From the NCBI GenBank assembly GCA_964514975.1, contig CAZESS010000002.1, positions 24,958 to 88,957 of the forward strand: a stretch of 64,000 nt of DNA, given 5' to 3'. Under the pieces are notes generated by a model. It searched no databases. It saw only the letters and a list, made by a program, of their open reading frames with translations, and had not been told where the DNA came from. Below are positions 17,160-25,617 of this stretch, piece after piece. Made by a program: the position numbers and the translations under genes. Numbering within the stretch: the first letter of the stretch is position 1; every line of letters starts with the position of its first letter. Source of the stretch: an uncultured Thermoplasmatales archaeon (GTDB lineage: Archaea > Thermoplasmatota > E2 > UBA202 > DSCA01).

Positions 17160-19680
17160 TGATGGCCTCCATCACCTGCTCGTGCATCTGCCGGGTGAAC
17201 GCCTTGCGGTCTTCCATCAGGACGACATCGGAAGCGCCCACGGCGACGATGTTGAAGGCAAACGGCGAGGGGAGCTCCGTCTGCTTGAGCGTTAGCGTGA
17301 TGTCGCCCTGCTCGACCTTGCGGGCATAGGAGATGGCGTTGTCGATGTCCATGGAGTCCTCCATGATCTCGCGGTAGGTTTCCTTTAATGCCGGGAACTC
17401 GGGGTCGATCTCTTTGACGACCTTGAACAGGACGGAGGCGTTGCGCTGCTGCCGTGACACGCTCATGTGGTGGCCGAGGTAGTTGCGGAGGATCATGAAT
17501 GAGCGGGCTGCGACGTGCCGGAAGCGTCGCTTGAGCATCTCGGTGTTGTCCAGCGCGCGGCGGAGATCGTCGCGCATGCCCTCTGGCTTGAGCGCGGCCC
17601 GGATGTCTTCGGCTGCCAGCGGGTCGTAGCGCTCGGGGTACATGACGTCGAAGCCGTTGTCGGTGATGGCCAGCCGGATGTTGAAGCCGTGGATCGAGGT
17701 GAGCCTGAATGCAACGATGCGTGAGAGGGCGTCGTTGGCCTGCCGTCCCACCAGCGTGTGGAAGACGACGTGCCGGTAGCCGTCCTGCCGGAAGGTTTCG
17801 ACGAGCAGATGTCTGTCGTGGGGGACGCCGAAGTGGAGCTGCTCCTGGAAGTAGTTGCGGATCGCCGGCATCAGGCTCTCGGCGTCGCCGTTTTCTATCG
17901 TTTCGGCGACGGTGCGGCGGTAGCGGTTGATCTCCCGGGCGAGGTCGTAGCTGAGCGGGAGCTGCTCGGAGAACCATGACGGGATGGTCGGTGACGCGTC
18001 CGGTCGGGGAACGACGTAGATGCGCATGCGCTTGGAGCGCTTGAACTGGTAGGTCTGGCCGGCGAGGACGAAGATGTCGTCTTTTTTGAGCCGTTCGACG
18101 AAGGGCTCCTCGACCTTGCCGACGAACTGTTTGTCGGTCGTGTAGACTTTTACGGCGGTTTCATCTGGGATGGTGCCGATGTTGAGGTAGTATATTGGGC
18201 GGACCATTTTGCCGCGGCGCCCGAACATCTCGTCCTGCTCGTCGTACCATATCTTGCCGTAGACCTTTTTGCCCTCGAGTTCCTCGTATTCGCCGGCGAG
18301 ATAGTGCAGGAGCTTGATGAAATCCTCGCGGGGGAGGTCGCGATAGGGATGGGCCCGGCGGATGAGCTGCAATGCATCGCCCACGTCCCATTTCTGCTGG
18401 ATGCCCATGCCGACGACGTGCTGCGCGAGGACGTCGATGGCATTGGATGGAATGTGCACCCGGTCGAGTCTCCCCTGGCGGGCCTCGCGGGCGAGCACTG
18501 TGCATTCGATGAGGTCGTCGCGGTCCAACACGATGATGCGGCCCTTCGATGTCTCGGTGATGAAATGGCCGGAGCGGCCGATGCGCTGCAGCGCCCTGGT
18601 GACGCTTTTGGGTGAGCCGAGCAGCACGACGAGGTCGACGGAGCCGATGTCGATGCCGAGCTCCAGGCTTGTCGAGGAGACGACGCAGCGGAGGTCGCCC
18701 CGTTTGAGTTTTTCCTCGACGCTGAGGCGGACGTCGCGGGACAGGGAGCCATGGTGTGCCTCGACCACGCCGTCGTAGTGGGGGTAGCGCTGTTTGAGGT
18801 TGAAGACCACCCGTTCGGTGGCGCTCCGGGTGTTGGTGAACACCAGGGTTGTCTGGTGCTGCTGGATGAGGTCGTCGAGTATCTGGTACATCGCCGTGGA
18901 TGCTTCGCCGGTGGGGGTGTAGACGAGGTCGTCGACGGGGGAGATGACCTCGATGTTGACGTCTTTCATGCCGGTGACGTCGACGATGAGGCAGTCGCGG
19001 TCTGTGCCGACCAAAAACCGGGCGATGTCGTCCATGGGGGAGATGGTCGCTGAGAGGCCGATGCGGACGGGCTCGTTGTGCATGCGCTGGACGAGCCGTT
19101 CGAACGACAGCGAGAGGTGGACGCCGCGCTTGTTGTCGGCCAGCGAGTGTATCTCGTCTATGATGACATATCGGGCTTCTTCCAGGCTGCGGGAGAACTT
19201 GGGTGAGTTGAGGACGATTGCGAGGCTTTCGGGCGTGGTGATGTAGATGTGCGGCGGGGTGCGGGTGTGCTCCTGCCGTTCTTTTTGGCTGGTGTCGCCG
19301 GTGCGGACGCCGACGCGGATGTCGTCCTCGATGTCGTTCGCCTCGTAGAGTTCGCGGAGCGGTTTCTGGAGGTTGCGCTCGATGTCGTTGTTGAGCGCCT
19401 TGAGCGGCGAGACGTAGAGGACATATATTTTGTCTTCGAGCTCGCCCTGCTTGGCGAGGAGGAGCAGCTCGTTGATGGCTGCGAGGAATGCGGACAGGGT
19501 TTTGCCGGAGCCGGTCGGCGACGATATCAGGGTGTTTTTTCCGTCGTGGATTTCTTTGACCGCATAGCGCTGGCAGGCGGTGAAATCGCCGAAGGTGTCG
19601 CGGAACCATGTCTCGATTTCGGGGACGAGGATGTCGTAGATGTCCCCGTTGCCATACTGCTCGGTGGCGTATTCAATCAC
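17152..19680 (-). CDS. lhr: Lhr-like ATP-dependent DNA helicase (Lhr-core)
   Basis: 842 aa; SF2 motifs 'SSPTGSGKT', 'VIIDEIHS', 'SATI', 'RIGRSGH', plus Lhr-type winged-helix/C-terminal domains. Confidence 0.8.
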   Translation of the reverse strand: MIEYATEQYGNGDIYDILVPEIETWFRDTFGDFTACQRYAVKEIHDGKNTLISSPTGSGKTLSAFLAAINELLLLAKQGELEDKIYVLYVSPLKALNNDIERNLQKPLRELYEANDIEDDIRVGVRTGDTSQKERQEHTRTPPHIYITTPESLAIVLNSPKFSRSLEEARYVIIDEIHSLADNKRGVHLSLSFERLVQRMHNEPVRIGLSATISPMDDIARFLVGTDRDCLIVDVTGMKDVNIEVISPVDDLVYTPTGEASTAMYQILDDLIQQHQTTLVFTNTRSATERVVFNLKQRYPHYDGVVEAHHGSLSRDVRLSVEEKLKRGDLRCVVSSTSLELGIDIGSVDLVVLLGSPKSVTRALQRIGRSGHFITETSKGRIIVLDRDDLIECTVLAREARQGRLDRVHIPSNAIDVLAQHVVGMGIQQKWDVGDALQLIRRAHPYRDLPREDFIKLLHYLAGEYEELEGKKVYGKIWYDEQDEMFGRRGKMVRPIYYLNIGTIPDETAVKVYTTDKQFVGKVEEPFVERLKKDDIFVLAGQTYQFKRSKRMRIYVVPRPDASPTIPSWFSEQLPLSYDLAREINRYRRTVAETIENGDAESLMPAIRNYFQEQLHFGVPHDRHLLVETFRQDGYRHVVFHTLVGRQANDALSRIVAFRLTSIHGFNIRLAITDNGFDVMYPERYDPLAAEDIRAALKPEGMRDDLRRALDNTEMLKRRFRHVAARSFMILRNYLGHHMSVSRQQRNASVLFKVVKEIDPEFPALKETYREIMEDSMDIDNAISYARKVEQGDITLTLKQTELPSPFAFNIVAVGASDVVLMEDRKAFTRQMHEQVMEAINA

Positions 19681-19948
19681 GATTGGGACATTGGGGGTTG
19701 CATAAAAGGTTTACCGACCCCCTCCCCTCCTCCCCCCCTCTCGGCGTGGAAAAAAAGGACAACATTTTTATACAGGCATGGCCCCCCCCTCCCTCTCTGT
19801 GTTTATATATCGCCGGGCTGTTGTAGGAGTGAGGATGGAACGCCGGGCGTCCGTCTATATAGCGCCCTAAAACGGGCACGGAGGCCGGCGATGCCATGTG
19901 GGCCGCCGCTCATCCGCATCCCTCCCCCCCATTTTTGGCGGCCTTTTT

Positions 19949-20692
19949 TTATAGCGAGCCGCGCGTGGCTGCCTCGCTGCATGTGCAGTCCCGCTTTTCG
20001 GGGAGCGCCGACGCCGTCCGGAGCAGGATGCCGACGGCGACGTCGCGCATTTCCTCGTAGATAGAGGCGATCTCGTCGGCGGTGAGGCCCGTCTGCAGGC
20101 CGGCGGCCATGTTTGAGACGACGCAGAGCGACGCGTAGCAGATGCCCGCCTCCCGGGCCAGCGTTGCCTCGGGGCCAAGGGTCATCCCCACGACGTCGCC
20201 GTGCTCCTGGAGCATCGCTATCTCCGCCGGTGTCTCAAAACGGGGCCCGGCCGTGGTGATGTATACGCCCTCTGACACGCTGCCCTCCGAGCTGGCCGCG
20301 TCGAGTAACAACTGCCTCGTTTCGGGGCAAAACGGCTCGGTCATGTCGACATGGACGGGCGCATCGTCATAAAACGTGGCGATGCCGGTGAAGTCGATGA
20401 AATCACCGGGAACGACGAGGCCACCGGGCTGCACGCCCTGCCGCATCGAGCCCACGGTGCTCACCGCCAGGACATGGGTGGCGCCGCAGGATGCGAGCGC
20501 CCGGATGTTGGCATGGTGGCTTATCCGGTGGGGCGGGATACCATGGGTGGCGCCGTGCCGGGGGAGAAAAAACAGCTCGCGGTCGTCGTGCTCGACGCGG
20601 GTGACCGTGACCGCACCGTACCGAGTCTCTACCTCGAGGGCGTTTCCCTGCATGTCGTAGATGCCGGTGCCGCCGATGATGCCGATGCGCAT
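19949..20692 (-). CDS. mtnP: S-methyl-5'-thioadenosine (purine nucleoside) phosphorylase
   Basis: 'MRIGIIGGTGIY', 'HGATHGIPPHRI', 'MTLGPEATLAREAGICYASL'; start set at MRIGIIGG. Confidence 0.8.
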   Translation of the reverse strand: MRIGIIGGTGIYDMQGNALEVETRYGAVTVTRVEHDDRELFFLPRHGATHGIPPHRISHHANIRALASCGATHVLAVSTVGSMRQGVQPGGLVVPGDFIDFTGIATFYDDAPVHVDMTEPFCPETRQLLLDAASSEGSVSEGVYITTAGPRFETPAEIAMLQEHGDVVGMTLGPEATLAREAGICYASLCVVSNMAAGLQTGLTADEIASIYEEMRDVAVGILLRTASALPEKRDCTCSEAATRGSL

Positions 20693-20772
20693 AGACGTGC
20701 AACACGCCCCGCCATATATAAACATGTGTTTTTCACAATAGTTAAATAGGGGCGCCGCTTACACCAATAGCC

Positions 20773-21084
20773 ATGACGAAGAGCCCCTGCGAAACCATCG
20801 TCTGGGACGTGCTCCCTTGCCTCCGAAGCGCGCTCACCCGCCGCCTCAAACGGGAAGGGCTGCGACAGACCGACATAGCAGAGCTGCTCGGCGTGAGCCC
20901 CGCCGCCGTCTCGCAGTATCTCTCCAGAAAACGGGGCTGCAGCGACCGGGTGGAGGAGGTCGCCGGCGAGGAAATCCACGAGTCTGCACGAAGGATTATG
21001 AACGGCCAGCCCGTGGAACAGGAGCTCTGCCGTCTCTGCCGAATCATCCAGCGGCGGATAAACGGCATCGAGGTTCCCTGCTGA
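20773..21084 (+). CDS. small HTH-domain putative transcriptional regulator with C-terminal CxxC
   Basis: 'QTDIAELLGVSPAAVSQYLSRKRG' helix-turn-helix; C-terminal 'CRLCRII'. Confidence 0.4.
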   Translation: MTKSPCETIVWDVLPCLRSALTRRLKREGLRQTDIAELLGVSPAAVSQYLSRKRGCSDRVEEVAGEEIHESARRIMNGQPVEQELCRLCRIIQRRINGIEVPC

Positions 21085-21158
21085 ACGGCCGGCGAACAAC
21101 ATGCAAAAATATGCACTACCATTCAATTAAAATATTTAAAAATTTTTATTAACCCCCT

Positions 21159-21533
21159 GTGGTTGTAGATGGTATGTCGGTGGCAGGCAGGCGGTATGGC
21201 GTCTGGAAGGCGCAGGTCAACTGGCTCGGCGGCAAGATAGACGTGTCGCCATACTGGCGGCTTGCGCTCCCCGCCTGGCTGCTCCCCGCCCTGGTCGGCG
21301 AGTGGACGGTCCAGTGCATGGGCGGCCAGGTCATCGGGCTTATCGCCGGCGGCAGCGTGTCGCTGCTGAAAAGCTACCATGACTTTTACCGGCTGATGGG
21401 TGCCTATGTGCCGATGCTCACCGAAAAAATACGCTGGCGGCGGATCGCCATCGTCATCATATGTGTCATGCTGGCCATCATGACCCTGCTGCTCCTCGAC
21501 GTCAACCCGGTCGCCGGCCTCCTCAACCGTTAA
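21159..21533 (+). CDS. hypothetical membrane protein
   Basis: Two to three hydrophobic helices; no motif recognised. Confidence 0.3.
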   Translation: MVVDGMSVAGRRYGVWKAQVNWLGGKIDVSPYWRLALPAWLLPALVGEWTVQCMGGQVIGLIAGGSVSLLKSYHDFYRLMGAYVPMLTEKIRWRRIAIVIICVMLAIMTLLLLDVNPVAGLLNR

Positions 21534-21560
21534 GCCAGGTTTTTTTATACCCGGCGGTGT

Positions 21561-22124
21561 TTGCCCGGCGTGGACATTGTCACCGTTGTATTGATCGCCG
21601 TCGCCCTGGCCATGGACGCCTTCGCGGTCGCCGTTGCCAGCGGGCTCTACATCCACAGGCTGCGTGTCAACCATGCCCTGCGCATCGCGGGTATGTTCGG
21701 CCTGTTCCAGGGAGCGATGCCCCTGGCCGGCTGGCTCGCCGGACGGACAGCGCAGCGGCTCGTGGCGGCAATCGACCACTGGCTGGTGTTCGCGCTGCTG
21801 GCGGGCATCGGCGGAAAAATGGTCTACGAGTCCTGGCGGCTCGACGAACGCCGGGGATTTGACCCGCTGGCCATGTCGTTTTTGCTGCTGCTTTCCATTG
21901 CAACATCCATCGACGCGCTAGCCGTCGGCGTCTCCTATGGCCTGCTCGACGTCGCCGTCGCCACACCCGCCGTTATCATCGGCGCTGTCACCTTTGGGCT
22001 CTCTCTTGCCGGCGTCTACCTGGGCGACCGGGTCGGCCATCTCTTCGAACGCCGCATCGAGGCTCTCGGCGGCGTCATCCTCATCGTTATCGGCCTCCGC
22101 ATACTGATAGAGCATCTGATGTAA
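21561..22124 (+). CDS. mntP: manganese efflux pump MntP
   Basis: 'VALAMDAFAVAVASG' and repeated 'SIDALAVGVSYG' halves typical of MntP/DUF204. Confidence 0.8.
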   Translation: MPGVDIVTVVLIAVALAMDAFAVAVASGLYIHRLRVNHALRIAGMFGLFQGAMPLAGWLAGRTAQRLVAAIDHWLVFALLAGIGGKMVYESWRLDERRGFDPLAMSFLLLLSIATSIDALAVGVSYGLLDVAVATPAVIIGAVTFGLSLAGVYLGDRVGHLFERRIEALGGVILIVIGLRILIEHLM

Positions 22125-22145
22125 GAAAACAGGGTGGAGGAAGGC

Positions 22146-22649
22146 CTACGGACTTTCAAGACCGATAAGCCAAATCGGCACCTGGATAATATACCTCAGA
22201 TGAGGCAGATATTTTTTGACCTTATCGAATCTCATGCTTCCTCGCCAAGTTGGGTCATACTTTTTCTCAATTAATTTTTGAAATTGACGTGTTGTAACTA
22301 TGTAGATACCTACGTCTATCTCGTTTCTGTATGAATAGGAGAGAGTTTGGAATTTCAACAAATCTATTCCCATAAAAGAGGGGTGAGAGAAAGCGACCTC
22401 GACCCCAACCCGGTTTTTCATAAAATCTATCTTTGCAGCGGGCTCATCCTCCGGGGCAAACACGGGCTGTTCGGTTTTCCATCCTTTTCCGGTAAAACTG
22501 TCCTTGAATGCCTGATTTAGATTCGGCCTCGTCATTTCGTTTGGATTCAAATCAATCGTGTCGATAATTTCTTTTACTTCCTGTTTTTGTGCCAGTCGGC
22601 TATTCAAGACTTCTTCTGCAAACCGATACGACCAGTCTCTATATCGCAT
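22146..22649 (-). CDS. BglII/BamHI-fold type II restriction-endonuclease-like protein (orphan; catalytic Gln/Glu position is Ala)
   Basis: 'KIDFMKNRVGVEVAFSHPSF...NEIDVGIYIVTT' parallels BglII 'DIDFGKRDTLVEVQFSNYPF...MKVAIIITKG' and BamHI 'RVGMEFETGNISS...EIDLAIILMP'. AT-rich island; no methyltransferase nearby. Confidence 0.5.
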   Translation of the reverse strand: MRYRDWSYRFAEEVLNSRLAQKQEVKEIIDTIDLNPNEMTRPNLNQAFKDSFTGKGWKTEQPVFAPEDEPAAKIDFMKNRVGVEVAFSHPSFMGIDLLKFQTLSYSYRNEIDVGIYIVTTRQFQKLIEKKYDPTWRGSMRFDKVKKYLPHLRYIIQVPIWLIGLESP

Positions 22650-22947
22650 TATTTCTTTCCCGTTCTAGATAAAGTTTTTCTTGAATGAAATCTGCTGTAA
22701 CCGATGAATATGGAGATTGATATCTCACTGAATTATCTTGCTTAATCTTTTTGACCAAGCCGGCAGAAACCATCTTTTCCAGCGATTTAAACACCGATGC
22801 ACGATATTTGATAGGAAAATTCTCTCCCTCAAGCTCATCCAATATTTCTTGGACGGTTTTTGCCTTGTCGATAATCACTCGAAGGATTTGCCGGGCTGAT
22901 GACAACGACGAGATATCAAGCGTATCCTGAAAGTCCGGTTCTTCCAT
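22639..22947 (-). CDS. winged-helix DNA-binding protein (putative controller/regulator)
   Basis: 'YRASVFKSLEKMVSAGLVKKIKQDNSVRYQS' wHTH pattern; 11-nt overlap with downstream endonuclease-like gene. Confidence 0.45.
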   Translation of the reverse strand: MEEPDFQDTLDISSLSSARQILRVIIDKAKTVQEILDELEGENFPIKYRASVFKSLEKMVSAGLVKKIKQDNSVRYQSPYSSVTADFIQEKLYLERERNNAI

Positions 22948-23038
22948 CTAGTGGACAAATGCTATTAAAAGATCTTAACACTTTGTTTCTTTATAGGAAA
23001 CAAAACATCATTTTTCTACTGGCGATAAAGAACCGGAC

Positions 23039-23910
23039 ATGAACGAGCTCGGCTTGAGTCTGAAATTAAATTGGACATACCCGAATATGGGTGTATTTTA
23101 TTCTGAAAAACCGCCCTTACGAGGAACATTTAATGAGAGACTTGAAAAAGCTAAAAAATTCGGCATCTCCCGCATAGAAATACCCTTTGATCTGGTTCGA
23201 CTAGAAAACGAGGAATATTATCTATTGAATAAAAAAAAATTGGAGACATCCCAGAAAGAGAAGACTTTAAAAGTCTCTACAACACCAGTTGCAATAATAC
23301 CTGTGAGTATATTCTACATACAGACCCGGAGCTAAAACCCCGCCATTACTTAAGATGGAACTCGGAGAAGTGGAGAAATAAGTACCTGAAATCTATCATA
23401 GATTTTGCAGAATTCAACGACCAAGCCCCTTTCGCAGTAGAGTTCCATCCAGGCAGAACGTCAAGAAGCAAAAATCATTTTGAGGATTTTATTACCGATG
23501 CGATTTCAATGTTTAGCGATATCTTCGGAGATAAACGTCCCTATCTTTACATCGAAAACAGAACAAATCTATACATCTCTACAGTCGAAGACATCATTCA
23601 GTTGTATGAGAAAATTCAGGATAGAGTAAGTGGAACTGAAAAGAAGCGTTTCGGATTTAGCATAGATGTTATGCAGCTTTATTCGCAAATTGGAGCAGAA
23701 TCAATCAATGAGCTCCCGAAAATTCCTAGACACGCGATAAAAAACTGGCATATCCATTACCGCCACCAACCACCTAGCATCGATGACCCAATAGATTGGC
23801 GTAAAGTTGTAAACTATATCATGCAAAGTCAGCCGGCCATTGTTTTACCAGAGGTATTTTCAGATCGAGGTGTACAAACCACTCTTGAATTCATCGAAGG
23901 TTTACCATAA
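23039..23910 (+). pseudogene. xylose-isomerase-like TIM-barrel (AP-endonuclease family 2-like) protein, split by frameshift at an A9 tract
   Basis: ORFs 23039-23335 (frame 2) and an open frame 23233-23910 (frame 1; track ORF 23509-23910) join into about 290 aa if the A9 run at 23231-23239 gains one A. 'AVEFHPGRT' and 'FGFSIDVMQLY' resemble Endo IV 'LLNFHPGSH' and 'GVCIDTCHAF'. Confidence 0.45.
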
Positions 23911-23945
23911 TTATTACAATTACATATAACCACTTAACCCTCCCT

Positions 23946-23986
23946 CGATTTTGTTTCAAAAGTTTAACAAATATGTCAAATTAACC
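23946..23986. repeat. about 40-bp direct repeat R2a ('gattttgtttcaaaagtttaacaaatatgtcaaattaacc')
   Basis: About 80% identical to 24097-24137. Confidence 0.55.
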
Positions 23987-24013
23987 GAATGGTAAAACAA
24001 TCATTGCCCTGGC

Positions 24014-24070
24014 CACTAACACCTATATTTCCTCCCATTCTTTGAGGATGCTCTGCCAGTTGAACTCCTC
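24014..24070. repeat. 57-bp direct repeat R1a: duplicated 3' end of gene 25570-26799
   Basis: 56/57 identical to 25561-25617, which encodes the last 17 codons (...EEFNWQSILKEWEEI*) of the membrane gene. Confidence 0.8.
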
Positions 24071-24096
24071 CGCGTGCGGACAACGGCTGCCCCGTG

Positions 24097-24137
24097 ATTT
24101 GTTTGAAAAATTTAACAAAAATGTTAAATTAGTGGAG
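24097..24137. repeat. about 40-bp direct repeat R2b immediately upstream of abiEii-like gene
   Basis: 'gatttgtttgaaaaatttaacaaaaatgttaaattagtgg'; contains TATA-like 'tttaacaaa'. Confidence 0.55.
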
Positions 24138-24149
24138 TGATTATGGGGT

Positions 24150-24968
24150 ATGGCAGTGTGGAATGACATCGTTACGGCTGGCCGGAGCAGCGACCAGCCG
24201 CTCCATCACGTATTCCAGGAGCATCTGCAGAAAACCGTGCTGACGGCGCTCAGCCGGAGAGAGGCGTTCACCGACATCGTGTTCCAGGGTGGGACAGCCC
24301 TCTGCTTCTTCTACGGCAACCCCCGCTTCTCGGAAGACCTCGACTTCGTACGCCGGGGCAGCAGTACAGTAGACCTGACAGCCCACGCCACGGCGGTAGA
24401 AACCTTCGTAGCCGCCATCTATCCCTTCCTCGACGGATGCAGCGTCACGGTCCAAAAAGACACGCGGGAGCTACAGCGGCTCGTGCTCACCACCCGGGGC
24501 GAGGTCACAGAGCAGCGCTGCCGCATCCACCTCGAGCTAGCACACGTTCCATCCTACATGGCAACCCCACGCATCCTCGATCATCCGCCGTTTCACCCTG
24601 CGGTGCAGGTGGAGCAGCCCGAGGAAATCCTGGCGGACAAGCTGGCAGCGCTCGCCCTTCGCCCGTATCTCAAGGGCCGCGACCTCTGGGACATCTACTT
24701 CCTGACCAGGGAAAAAAACATCGATATCCACTGGAATCTGGTGAAGACAAAAATCAGCGATTACAACGGCGACCCGGAGCGGCTTCCTGCAGCCAGCAAA
24801 ACCGTGCAAAACGAGGGTGCACAGGCGCTCGCGGACGAGCTGGCCCGGTTTTTGCCTCCTCGTCTTCACGAGCAGTACCGCTCCAGATTCGACGATATCG
24901 CCGCTCATGTCGCCGCCGTCGCAGCCGCAGCCAGAGACACAATGGAGGAGAACGCCGATGAAGGTTGA
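24150..24968 (+). CDS. AbiEii/DUF1814-family nucleotidyltransferase (type IV TA toxin-like)
   Basis: 'FQGGTALCFFYGNPRFSEDLDF' is the AbiEii nucleotidyltransferase signature; 272 aa. Confidence 0.7.
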   Translation: MAVWNDIVTAGRSSDQPLHHVFQEHLQKTVLTALSRREAFTDIVFQGGTALCFFYGNPRFSEDLDFVRRGSSTVDLTAHATAVETFVAAIYPFLDGCSVTVQKDTRELQRLVLTTRGEVTEQRCRIHLELAHVPSYMATPRILDHPPFHPAVQVEQPEEILADKLAALALRPYLKGRDLWDIYFLTREKNIDIHWNLVKTKISDYNGDPERLPAASKTVQNEGAQALADELARFLPPRLHEQYRSRFDDIAAHVAAVAAAARDTMEENADEG

Positions 24969-25566
24969 CGAATGGCTGGCGTTCTTCCGTCGGCACCGGA
25001 CAAAAAAACTGTTTTCCCTGGCAGATCTCGTCCAGCTCACCGGTATAGACAAGGCGTCGCTCTCGGTCCAGCTCACCCGGCTGATACGGGCCAACATCAT
25101 CCGGCGGGCAGCCCGGCAGTGGTACGAAAACCCGTTCAACCAGCCATCCCGGGAAGACGTCGCCATGGTGCTCCGTCCTCCCGCCTATCTCTCCCTGGAA
25201 TACGCTCTCTCAAAACATGGCATCCTGAGCCAGGCAGCCCGCACGCTCACCCTGGCTACCACACGGCCTCCCTACACATATACCACATCTGATGCAACAT
25301 ACGAATACCACCAGATACGGCGGTCGCTCTTCTGGGGATATAAACAGGAACACGATGTTGCGCTGGCCGAGCCCGAAAAAGCGCTGCTCGACCTCCTCTA
25401 CATACGGCACGTAATGACCGATGAACTGAGCCAGCGCGCCCTGGGGTCGCTCGTCGACGACATGGACCTCGCAGTCATCACCCGGGACAGACTCCGCCGC
25501 TATGCAGACAGATTTCCCCGCGGGGTCAATGAAACGGTGCGCCACCTGACGCCTGCCGTACACTAA
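24958..25566 (+). CDS. AbiEi-like antitoxin/transcriptional regulator (N-terminal wHTH)
   Basis: 'LFSLADLVQLTGIDKASLSVQLTRLIRANIIRR' wHTH; 11-nt overlap with the upstream nucleotidyltransferase gene; about 200 aa. Confidence 0.6.
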   Translation: MKVDEWLAFFRRHRTKKLFSLADLVQLTGIDKASLSVQLTRLIRANIIRRAARQWYENPFNQPSREDVAMVLRPPAYLSLEYALSKHGILSQAARTLTLATTRPPYTYTTSDATYEYHQIRRSLFWGYKQEHDVALAEPEKALLDLLYIRHVMTDELSQRALGSLVDDMDLAVITRDRLRRYADRFPRGVNETVRHLTPAVH

Positions 25567-25617
25567 CGCCTATATTTCCTCCCATTCTTTGAGGATGCTC
25601 TGCCAGTTGAACTCCTC
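25561..25617. repeat. 57-bp direct repeat R1b (native 3' end of gene 25570-26799)
   Basis: Partner of 24014-24070. Confidence 0.8.

Noticed and set aside
18161-19609. 482-aa minus-strand ORF and other long ORFs (17493-19424 region) inside the lhr gene
   Set aside because: Arg/Pro/His-rich nonsense in alternative frames of the bona fide Lhr helicase ORF.
21123-21779. 218-aa minus-strand ORF overlapping the membrane protein and mntP genes
   Set aside because: Gly/Asp/His-rich low-complexity antisense ORF; mntP on the plus strand has the diagnostic duplicated DUF204 motifs.
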